DNA from: an uncultured bacterium
Lineage (GTDB): Bacteria; Patescibacteriota; JAHJAL01
DNA: 64,000 bases
Direction: 5' to 3'
NCBI GenBank assembly: GCA_938004065.1
Contig: CALKWM010000039.1
Location: forward strand, 1,313 to 65,312
Translations under genes and position numbers: made by a program
In this document: in pieces, positions 56,324 through 64,000 of the stretch
How the letters are laid out: every line of letters begins with the position of its first letter
Numbering within the stretch: the stretch's first letter is position 1
Notes under the pieces: generated by a model
What the model saw: the letters and a program-made list of their open reading frames with translations, nothing else
Database searches by the model: none
Told to the model about the DNA's origin: nothing

Positions 56324-58447
56324 TTATTTTTTTCTCTTCAAAATCTTAACCATACCCTGATTGGCGTCCACTTCAACCAAATCTCCTTTTTTTAGATACT
56401 TTGTCGCGATTTTTGTACCAACAACACAAGGAATTTTCAATTCACGCGCGATAATAGCCGCATGACAGGTAATTCCTCCTTCATCGGTTATTATCGCTTT
56501 AACCATTTTCATATAAGGAATAAAATGGGGAGTGGTTTGTATAGCGACCAATATTTTGCCCTTTATTAAATGGTTTTTAATTCTTAATTCAGATTTATCT
56601 TTAACAATAACAACACTTCCTTTTATCACTTTCTTGGAATTGTAGGCAACTTCTCCTGAAATCTCAGTGGCACTTATTGGTTTATTAGATTCTTTGTCTA
56701 ATTTTATAAAGTATTTTTGAATCTCCCTGATAACATTTGAATCATCGATAATTTCTTGCTTATAATTTCTTGAATTTAAATAAATAAATTTTTGACTCTT
56801 TCTCAATATTATTTTTTTCTGTATAACTTCATCGGTTAATTTTTTCCGCAACCAGTCCTTAACTTCATTCATTGTTAAAAATTTCATCAGTAACAATGGA
56901 TCGAGATTTATATTCTTTTTCGAAATCAAATATGTAAAAAAATGGAACAAATTTTCGCCCATCGCTTCTTCTTTAAACGCTACGCTGTTTCTCCATGTAT
57001 CATGCACTCTCGCTATCTTCTCCGTGTTTTTAATATTATGAATATTTTCAGATAATTTAAGTCCCAACGAAAAAATAATTAAAAAATGAGCACTCGCTAT
57101 CTCATAAAGAGAAAGTATTGTGTTAAATAGTTTTACACTCTCGCCATAATTATCATTTTTGATAGCTAAGTTAAGTTTTTTCCCTTTGGCTTCAATTTTC
57201 CTATAAACAACATCGTTTTTTGTCACATAATTCACCAAAATTTTAGGGTTTTTCAAAATTCTCTCATTTGATACGGCGTGAAAACTCTTGGCTTGTAAAA
57301 GATTAAATACTCTTATCGGATAATTTTTCTTTATCGGAATCAGCAATGTATCAGCAAAACGCATCCCATAATTTCGCTCAATATGTTTATAACCACCAGT
57401 TTTTGCAGAAAAAAACAATAGAGATTCATCAGCCCTTACCCCAAAAAACCACTTCTGACTTTTTAAATAATCAAGAATATTTTGGTTGGCAGAAATTACA
57501 TTATGAATAGTTGTAATTGGACGAGTTTGAAGGATATAAAAATGGTCTCTTTCTTTCGCCCATTCTATGTCGCAAGGAAAACCAAAATGATTCTCAATTT
57601 TTACAATCAGTTCAGACAATTCTCTAATTTCTGTATCAGTTAAAACCTGCTTCTTCCCTTTTGCTCCTAAATTCTTCCATTTATTGCCACCCCCGGCTTT
57701 TTTGTGTCTTGCTTTTGATTGCTCATTTACATTTACATCCAAAATCTTGAATCCTTGTTTATCTACCACATAACTATCGGGAGTGATTGCACCGGAAACA
57801 ATCGCCTCCCCCAAACCAAATCCGGCCTCAATAATTATCTGATTTTTGTCTTGGGTAACCGGATGGACTGAAAAAGCGATTCCCGATTTTTCACTGTTTA
57901 CCATTTTTTGTACAACGACCGCCACTGAAATTTTTTTCCGGTCCAATCGCTTTTCATGTCTGTAAATAATCGCTCTGGGAGTAAATAATGAAGCCCAACA
58001 TTTTTTTACATTTTTCAAAAGTGCACCTTCCGTTGTATTCAAAAAACTATCCAATTGTCCCGCCCAAGACGCGGAAACCGAATCTTCTCTCGTTGCGGAA
58101 GAACGAACCGCGACCAATTTACAATCTAATTTCTTATGAGATTTCAAGATTTCCGCTTTTATATCTGCCGGCATTTCTCCGGAAAGAATCATTGCTCGTA
58201 TTTTTTCCGACGCATTCTTAACAGTAAGGATCTCTTTGTAATCAATTTTATCAAAAACAGTATCAAATTTAACATCCAAATCATTTTCCAAGATAAATCT
58301 CTCCAACGCATTGGCTACAATGACAAAACCTTCAGGAACCGGGATTCCCGTCCGAGTCATCTCTCCGAGAGAAGCACCTTTACCTCCGGCGATTTTCGTA
58401 TCCGTTATGGAGATTTGTGCCAAGGTTTTGATTATACTTTTTGTCAT
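56324..58447 (-). CDS. PEP-utilizing enzyme-family protein with a PpsA-like N-terminal ATP-grasp/pyruvate-phosphate-dikinase domain and a C-terminal phosphohistidine swivel domain, but no PEP/pyruvate TIM-barrel domain (rifampin-phosphotransferase-like architecture).
   Basis: N-terminal TDTKIAGGKGASLGEM..GIPVPEGFVI. C-terminal ITDEGGITCHAAIIARELKIPCVVG carries the mobile-domain His. Confidence 0.65.
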   Translation of the reverse strand: MTKSIIKTLAQISITDTKIAGGKGASLGEMTRTGIPVPEGFVIVANALERFILENDLDVKFDTVFDKIDYKEILTVKNASEKIRAMILSGEMPADIKAEILKSHKKLDCKLVAVRSSATREDSVSASWAGQLDSFLNTTEGALLKNVKKCWASLFTPRAIIYRHEKRLDRKKISVAVVVQKMVNSEKSGIAFSVHPVTQDKNQIIIEAGFGLGEAIVSGAITPDSYVVDKQGFKILDVNVNEQSKARHKKAGGGNKWKNLGAKGKKQVLTDTEIRELSELIVKIENHFGFPCDIEWAKERDHFYILQTRPITTIHNVISANQNILDYLKSQKWFFGVRADESLLFFSAKTGGYKHIERNYGMRFADTLLIPIKKNYPIRVFNLLQAKSFHAVSNERILKNPKILVNYVTKNDVVYRKIEAKGKKLNLAIKNDNYGESVKLFNTILSLYEIASAHFLIIFSLGLKLSENIHNIKNTEKIARVHDTWRNSVAFKEEAMGENLFHFFTYLISKKNINLDPLLLMKFLTMNEVKDWLRKKLTDEVIQKKIILRKSQKFIYLNSRNYKQEIIDDSNVIREIQKYFIKLDKESNKPISATEISGEVAYNSKKVIKGSVVIVKDKSELRIKNHLIKGKILVAIQTTPHFIPYMKMVKAIITDEGGITCHAAIIARELKIPCVVGTKIATKYLKKGDLVEVDANQGMVKILKRKK

Positions 58448-58668
58448 AATTTATTATCAGCATCTAAAAGCTCAAAGCATCAATCGTCTCGACTTTTTCG
58501 GGACTCCTTGTTTACATTATATCAATATTTATCTTGATTTTTTTTAAACTAAAAACAAGACAACAAAACACTGACTGCTAAAAAACTTATGTCAGATAAC
58601 CTATTAAAAAAATATATATTTTAGTGTTACAGTTAAATTAGGAAATGATTGTTTATATTTAAAATTTT

Positions 58669-60078
58669 ATGAAAAAAAATTTCTTTTTCACCCTGGCAAT
58701 AGTCTGTCTAACTGGTTTCGTTGAACCTGTTTGGGCCATCGATGTGCCGATCGGAGTCAAAGAACAGGAAGTAACGGCGATTTATCAGCCGGCGCCCAAT
58801 TTGGGAGGCGGTTATCGGCCTGATGGCAGCGACGCCTGGGATTATTGTATTGAAGACGGTTGTCATTATAATCCGCAGGTGGGCGATCGGGTAAAAGTGG
58901 ATGCCATGCAGGGCTGGCGGATGACTTTTTGGAATGTCGGCGAAATGGGCGGGGAAAATAAAAAAATGGCCAAACTGGAACAGGTGCGCGAATTTTTGAA
59001 TGCCGGCGAGGTGGTAACGGAAGTAGTACCGCCACTGACGGCGGATTCATTTAAAAGCGGTATTACTTACAGCAAAATTATTTCCGAGCCGGCAACCGAT
59101 ATTATTGAACCGTATATCAATCCCAAATACACTTTTACGCTTGGATTTACCGGCGGTCCCAATGGGGTTTTCTGGGAAATCAACGGGGAGCGGCAACATC
59201 CGAGCGGCAAAGAGATCCGCGGTGATGTGAAAAAAGGCGACGATGATATTTATTATATTCAAATGAGCGGGGCCTTTAGCGCCCAACTAAAAATTGATGA
59301 TCCAAAAGTTTTTGACGGGTTTGTTGAGAGTTGGGACAATGCCAATGTGATTTGGGAAGGCGGTTATAGCTATGGTTTTTCCGATTATGGCGGGGAGGTG
59401 TGGGTGGAGGACAGTGAAGGCGAGGCTTATTCGGCTGAGGATTTCAGCGGTAGCAGTGCCCAACAGATTTCGGAAGGTATGGTGGTTAAAACGGGATTGA
59501 ACAGTTATGCCGTAATTCAGTTAAATAGTGAAGGAGCTCGGCTAGTGGTCGGGCCCAATTCACAGGTCAAGATGAAACGGCCGGAATCAGGATTTTTCGA
59601 CACCAATATGGGCCGGATGATTTTAAAGGTTAAGCGCAACGTAGAGTTGATGATCAAAGAAGGGAGAATGGAAGTCATCATGAATCAGGCGGTGGCCGGA
59701 CGAAAGGGGACGGTAGCGGTATTTGTCGAGGAAGAGGGGAAGTCAACTGTCAAAGTATTGGAAGGAGAGATGTATTTGAAGGCCAATGTTGACGGCGAGA
59801 GTCAGGATATTAAATCCGGGCAAATGCTGTCGGCCGATAAAAATGGACTGAGTGAATTGCAAACACTAGATATTGAACAGGAATTGAAATTATGGGAGGA
59901 GATAGTCCCAAAAGCGGTAGTGGATGATGTCAGGCAGACGATAGTGGAAAATGTAGCAGTCGGTGCGTCTACTGTTTGGTGGAAAACCAGTTATTTATGG
60001 TATGTCTTGATTGGTTTGGGAATAATAGTCATCTTGGCCGTAATTATAATAGTTGCAGTTTTTAAAAAGAAAAAATAA
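58669..60078 (+). CDS. Membrane-anchored secreted protein with a FecR-like domain.
   Basis: Signal peptide and C-terminal TM. GMVVKTGLNSYAVIQLNSEGARLVVGPNSQV resembles a FecR/DUF4974 beta-sandwich. Weak. Confidence 0.4.
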   Translation: MKKNFFFTLAIVCLTGFVEPVWAIDVPIGVKEQEVTAIYQPAPNLGGGYRPDGSDAWDYCIEDGCHYNPQVGDRVKVDAMQGWRMTFWNVGEMGGENKKMAKLEQVREFLNAGEVVTEVVPPLTADSFKSGITYSKIISEPATDIIEPYINPKYTFTLGFTGGPNGVFWEINGERQHPSGKEIRGDVKKGDDDIYYIQMSGAFSAQLKIDDPKVFDGFVESWDNANVIWEGGYSYGFSDYGGEVWVEDSEGEAYSAEDFSGSSAQQISEGMVVKTGLNSYAVIQLNSEGARLVVGPNSQVKMKRPESGFFDTNMGRMILKVKRNVELMIKEGRMEVIMNQAVAGRKGTVAVFVEEEGKSTVKVLEGEMYLKANVDGESQDIKSGQMLSADKNGLSELQTLDIEQELKLWEEIVPKAVVDDVRQTIVENVAVGASTVWWKTSYLWYVLIGLGIIVILAVIIIVAVFKKKK

Positions 60079-60088
60079 ATATATTATT

Positions 60089-60301
60089 ATGGCCAAAAAA
60101 CTGGTTCGATATTTGTTTAAAAATCTAATCGTAGTACTAGGATTGGTTTTGATGTGGCGGGGAGTTTGGTATGTGTTGGATGCGATCGATAAATGGCTTT
60201 TTGGCGGTAGTCATTTCTGGACCGGATTGATCGGTATCTTAGTCGGCCTATTGATCCTGTATTTACCTGACAAAAATTTGGACGAGATCAAGCGATTGTA
60301 A
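60089..60301 (+). CDS. Small membrane protein.
   Basis: Two TM helices. Start taken at the internal Met. Confidence 0.3.
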   Translation: MAKKLVRYLFKNLIVVLGLVLMWRGVWYVLDAIDKWLFGGSHFWTGLIGILVGLLILYLPDKNLDEIKRL

Positions 60302-60318
60302 TTTTGAATAAAATGGCT

Positions 60319-61776
60319 TTAGAAAATCTTGTTAACCAAAGTATAAGTGGCAAAGATACCGTAAAATACAAATATTGTCACGACCATAGCTTTGCGGATG
60401 ATACCGGCCTGCAATGCCGGTGGCAGCACTTTCCAATTCATCCAATTGACCATACCGACATGCACAAACATCGCGACCGCATTGATAACCGCGCCAACTA
60501 CCAGCAAAGTTTTCGGTTCGGTAAAATCAAAAGCAAACAGTATAATCCCGAACAAGATCTGGACCCACAAAAAGAAATAGTAAAGACAGGAAAGATTGAC
60601 CCGGCCCTCGGAGTGATTTTTGATAATAGTCAGCGCATAATTTTCCGACATAATCCGGGAAGTGGAATCGAGAACACCCAACTGAGTTTGCCAGAGCATG
60701 ACAGCAACCGCAATCATAAATAGACCTCCCCAGTGATTGCCGAGTAATTGTCCGATCATGCCGGCTTCGTTGATCACAAAATTGATGCTCTGATCATTGT
60801 CGGCCAGATTGTGAACGGTCACAAAACTCAAAACCATCAGCAGAATTATACTAAACGCTCCGATCATCCAGAATACAATAGCATGCTCCAAGTTTACTCT
60901 TTTCCACCATTCATAGAAACGGGCGAGGTTTTCTTTGGTCAAAACAAAATCTTGACCGGTCATTTTGATTTTCTGCTGGACAAGAGCGCCGTGAAACAGT
61001 CCGCCGATCTTCTGGGCGTATCTGGCCATACCATAACCTTTTTCCCGAATATAAATCGACTGGGTGAGATTGAGATTGCCTCCGGCGCCGGCATATGCAA
61101 AAGCTCCGAGAAATACTATCAAATCGATATTGTCGGGTAACCAGCGATAACCTTCCCCGATCCCGACCAGGCCTTTTGCCAGAGCCAACCAGTCGGCGGG
61201 AGTGGTGAGCATAAAAGCAAAGACCACCAGCATTGGTACTGCCAGTAAGATTATTAACTGGGTAACTTTTTCAATAATATCATAGATAGTTTTGCCAACA
61301 CTGAGGATAATGCCGATAACAATCAAACCGGCCATGGCGATCCATTTGAACTCACTAAAATCCAGATAGATCCCCAGCACTTTGGCGGAAGCGGCCATCA
61401 TTCCGGGTAAACCAAAACCGACAAAAGTGGATATGACAAACCACCATGGCGCCCAACGAAAAATTCTAACCAATCCGGAAAAAACCGATTCTCCTTTGGC
61501 CAGAGTGTATCGTTCGATCTCCATATTTATGAAAAACTGGAAGGTAATTCCCAAAACGGCGGCCCACGCCAAGCCCAGGCCGTAATTGGCTGATAAATAC
61601 GGCCAGAGTATCACTTCACCACTACCCAGACCCAGGGCCAGAATGATAAAACTGGGGCCGATCATTTTCCAGATACTGATCGGTTGGGGAAAAGGTTTGT
61701 TTTTTTTCATAATTTGATTTGATTCTTTTACTACAATTTGATTGTACCATTGAAAAAAAATGAGGAAAAAAGACAA
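60319..61776 (-). CDS. Nramp-family (MntH-like) divalent metal transporter homolog.
   Basis: About 11 TM helices. The TM1 region GPSFIILALGLGSGE is Nramp-like, but the canonical DPGN is replaced. Confidence 0.45.
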   Translation of the reverse strand: MSFFLIFFQWYNQIVVKESNQIMKKNKPFPQPISIWKMIGPSFIILALGLGSGEVILWPYLSANYGLGLAWAAVLGITFQFFINMEIERYTLAKGESVFSGLVRIFRWAPWWFVISTFVGFGLPGMMAASAKVLGIYLDFSEFKWIAMAGLIVIGIILSVGKTIYDIIEKVTQLIILLAVPMLVVFAFMLTTPADWLALAKGLVGIGEGYRWLPDNIDLIVFLGAFAYAGAGGNLNLTQSIYIREKGYGMARYAQKIGGLFHGALVQQKIKMTGQDFVLTKENLARFYEWWKRVNLEHAIVFWMIGAFSIILLMVLSFVTVHNLADNDQSINFVINEAGMIGQLLGNHWGGLFMIAVAVMLWQTQLGVLDSTSRIMSENYALTIIKNHSEGRVNLSCLYYFFLWVQILFGIILFAFDFTEPKTLLVVGAVINAVAMFVHVGMVNWMNWKVLPPALQAGIIRKAMVVTIFVFYGIFATYTLVNKIF

Positions 61777-61860
61777 TATTTTTTAGCTTACAATAAAAAG
61801 GTTACAATAGTGATATAAAACAATTATGTTTAATTTTTCTTTTCTTATACTAACAAATAT

Positions 61861-62796
61861 ATGAAAATTGTCCTGGATATTTTACTCATCGTTCTATTGT
61901 TTTCCGGTCTGTCTTGGTTGGCGGATATGGTGGTTAGATATGTAAAAAAAATTGCTACTGTTCTGCACTTACAAATGGTTACCGTCGGAATCATATTTGG
62001 ACTGATTACCACTCTGCCTGAATTGTCATTGGGCTTGAATGCAACAATTCAAGATGTCCCGACTTTGGCCGTGGGCAATCTGATCGGAGGAATGATTGTC
62101 ATGCTGTGCTTGATAACCGGAGCCAATATTATGATCAATCGATCAATTGTAACGGATGGAAATTTTCGAACCATTTTACCCAAAGCGCTGATAATTTTTT
62201 CACCGATTATTCTAGGTATAGATGGAAATTATTCTTTGTGGGACGGTCTGATCATGATTGGTCTGTATATCGGAATGATTTACTATATGTATGTCAGCAA
62301 GGCATTGACGACTATCCCCAAAAAACAAACGGTGAAAATTGAAGTCAATCAGCTGATCCGATCGGCTTTTTTGGTATTGATCGGGATGGTGGGAATTTTG
62401 TTGATTTCAGACTGGATAATCAATATCACATTGGAACTTTTAAATTATTTTAAAGTCAGTCAATTGGTGGTTGGATTATCAGTTTTTGCTATCGGGACCA
62501 ATTTGCCTGAAATTATAATCGCGCTAACCGCCTGGAAAAAGAAAACTCCTGATTTGTCCATTAGTCACGTAGTCAGTTCCGCCTTTACCAATGTGCTGGT
62601 TTTGGGACTATTGGCCAGCATGAAGCCGATTGACTTTTTTATCGATCTCGATTTCATGGTAATGGTATTATTTTTGCTTTTGGCCTTGCTATACTATATT
62701 TTGTTTTACCGGAGCGACAAAAAATTTATCTTCTCTGAAGGGGTTTTTCTTGTGGTAATTTATTTTCTGTTTATTATTGCTACCTTGATCAACTGA
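61861..62796 (+). CDS. CaCA-family cation/Ca2+ exchanger (YrbG-like).
   Basis: Alpha-repeats GNLIGGMIV..GAN and GTNLPEIIIAL (the GxSxPE signature). Confidence 0.65.
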   Translation: MKIVLDILLIVLLFSGLSWLADMVVRYVKKIATVLHLQMVTVGIIFGLITTLPELSLGLNATIQDVPTLAVGNLIGGMIVMLCLITGANIMINRSIVTDGNFRTILPKALIIFSPIILGIDGNYSLWDGLIMIGLYIGMIYYMYVSKALTTIPKKQTVKIEVNQLIRSAFLVLIGMVGILLISDWIINITLELLNYFKVSQLVVGLSVFAIGTNLPEIIIALTAWKKKTPDLSISHVVSSAFTNVLVLGLLASMKPIDFFIDLDFMVMVLFLLLALLYYILFYRSDKKFIFSEGVFLVVIYFLFIIATLIN

Positions 62797-62948
62797 TCCA
62801 TGAGCAAAGTCGTTTATTATGTTCCATATGAAAGTATTATCAGGTGAAATATATCTAAAGAATCTGTTATTATTGAAACATAGACAATATTTTGACAATT
62901 TATTTATATTCAAAATAACACTATTTATATTTCATAACGATCAATAAA

Positions 62949-63551
62949 ATGAAAAATTTCTTTTGGGTGCCGGTTTTGCTACTATTAATTTTCGCCGGAT
63001 GCGATTTAAACAAAATTAATACCAACCGGGAGGTAACAATGGGTAAAATGACCGAGTCCGAAGCTCAAGAGATAGCCGAAAAAACTTGCATCAAAGGTGG
63101 TGAGGCCTTGACTTCGGGGGGCACTTACAATCCCAATTCCAAAACCTGGTGGTTTGATGCCAATCTCAACTCCACTCAACCGGGATGCAATCCCGCCTGC
63201 GTGGTCAACGAAGCCACTAAAACCGCCGAAATCAACTGGCGTTGTACCGGTTTAATCGAACCGATTGAAACTGTGGATGGCGAATTGCCACCAATGGAAA
63301 TATTTACCAGATTGTTTGCGATCAAATACCCGGATCAAAATGACACAATTTCTGTCGAAGTAACCAACGTAACGGCCGATCACGCCCGGGGCAGTGTCAG
63401 TTTCGCCGACGGAATGGCCGGTGGTAATTGGCTGGCGGCCAAAACCGATGGAGAATGGCAAATTGTTTACGACGGCAATGGCGTTATTCCCTGCAGTTTG
63501 CAAACTGATTATGGATTTCCGGAAGAGATGCTGTCGGATTGTGCCGAATAA
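62949..63551 (+). CDS. hypothetical lipoprotein.
   Basis: Lipobox LLIFAGCD. Confidence 0.5.
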   Translation: MKNFFWVPVLLLLIFAGCDLNKINTNREVTMGKMTESEAQEIAEKTCIKGGEALTSGGTYNPNSKTWWFDANLNSTQPGCNPACVVNEATKTAEINWRCTGLIEPIETVDGELPPMEIFTRLFAIKYPDQNDTISVEVTNVTADHARGSVSFADGMAGGNWLAAKTDGEWQIVYDGNGVIPCSLQTDYGFPEEMLSDCAE

Positions 63552-63622
63552 TTCACAGTATCAGTATTCCCCATATCTACCCCGCCTCTCTAGTTCTTAC
63601 ACTAGCACCGCTTTAGAATAAA

Positions 63623-63700
63623 CAATATTTTATGAGTAGTGCCAAATAGTTTTCTTATCTGTCATCCTTTTTCTTATTTACCTAGCACTTCTCATTATTT
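63623..63700. mobile_element. Degenerate MITE remnant (the TIR arms ATGAGTAGTGCCAA / TAGCACTTCTCAT are retained; the GC core is deleted).
   Basis: TTCTTATCTGTCATCC joins directly to TTTTTCTTATT between the TIR-like arms. Confidence 0.45.
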
Positions 63701-63741
63701 TGTCAAAATATTTTTAAATTATTTTTATAAATCATCTCCGT

Positions 63742-64000
63742 ATGCCTAAACAAAAAAACGATATTGGGGTAATTGGTTTGTCGGTAATGGGCGCCAATCT
63801 GGCAATGAATATTGCCGATCATGGATTTTCTATCTCTGTTTACAATCGGTCTCGGGAAAAAACCGACAATCTATTGCGTGATTATCACCAAGATAATTTA
63901 ACTGCTTACTACTCACCAAATGAGTTTGTTGATAGTTTGTCCAACCCCAAAACTATTATTTTAATGATCGAAGCCGGCAATCCGGTCGATATGGTGATCG
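63742..64000 (+). CDS. gnd: 6-phosphogluconate dehydrogenase (decarboxylating); 3'-partial at the window edge.
   Basis: MPKQKNDIGVIGLSVMGANLAMNIADHGFSISVYNRSREKT is the Rossmann N-terminus typical of Gnd. Confidence 0.8.
   Translation, partial: MPKQKNDIGVIGLSVMGANLAMNIADHGFSISVYNRSREKTDNLLRDYHQDNLTAYYSPNEFVDSLSNPKTIILMIEAGNPVDMVI

Noticed and set aside
28493-63700. Possible CRISPR array, given the repeated ~30-bp GC-rich units.
   Set aside because: The copies are dispersed kilobases apart, have TIRs, and are not regularly spaced direct repeats with unique spacers. They are MITEs, not CRISPR.

Overview
AT-rich bacterial window. Bacterial lipobox lipoproteins, BipA and RlmN point to a bacterium, plausibly a reduced-genome or candidate-phyla lineage; that last part is inference. 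Genes are dense on both strands, with GC-rich islands that look acquired. All protein-family calls rest on motif recognition by eye, with no database search run. Coordinates of non-ORF features may be off by a few bases. Main content, left to right:
- rlmN (-) carrying two in-frame GC-rich palindromic insertions.
- A cell-surface biosynthesis block (6.4-18.3 kb). It holds a giant membrane GT2 (family-2 glycosyltransferase) processive-synthase-like protein with a QxxRW motif, fused to a Cys-rich/FN3-like surface domain that ends in a PEF-CTERM-like sorting tail. An exosortase/archaeosortase-like membrane protein follows directly. The block also contains two large polytopic GT-C/YfhO-like proteins, a SAM methyltransferase and a CsbB/GtrB-like polyprenyl-phosphate GT2.
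- An orphan ABC substrate-binding lipoprotein.
- An archaeal/eukaryal-type tyrosyl-tRNA synthetase immediately preceded, on the same strand, by a class-I (short variable arm, C1:G72) tRNA-Tyr(GUA).
- A small histidine kinase and a stand-alone receiver.
- A secreted protein with three ~50-aa tandem repeats.
- Ld-carboxypeptidase, PIF1/RecD-like helicase and typA/bipA.
- A mobile/defence-like island (35.4-50.3 kb). It contains two paralogous MazG-like + NYN nuclease modules, an IS1595-family element with TIRs and an 8-bp TSD, and a GC-rich foreign block (frameshifted gene plus TspO-like gene). It also holds a PD-(D/E)xK/HsdR_N-like gene disrupted by a duplicated fragment, a RadC(JAB)-Dam(D12) fusion methyltransferase, a Bro-N/DinD-like protein, a PLD-family nuclease with a beta-class N6/N4 DNA methyltransferase (candidate type II R-M), and a RhuM-family protein.
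- msrB-msrA, an ArsM-like methyltransferase, a DNA alkylation repair protein, and three further SAM methyltransferases.
- A PEP-utilizing (PpsA/RPH-like) enzyme, an Nramp-like transporter, a CaCA exchanger, and the 5' end of gnd.
- A family of ~130-170-bp MITEs (20-bp TIRs with a GC-rich hairpin core) in at least 7 full or partial copies, plus core-only fragments.
No CRISPR array and no rRNA were seen.
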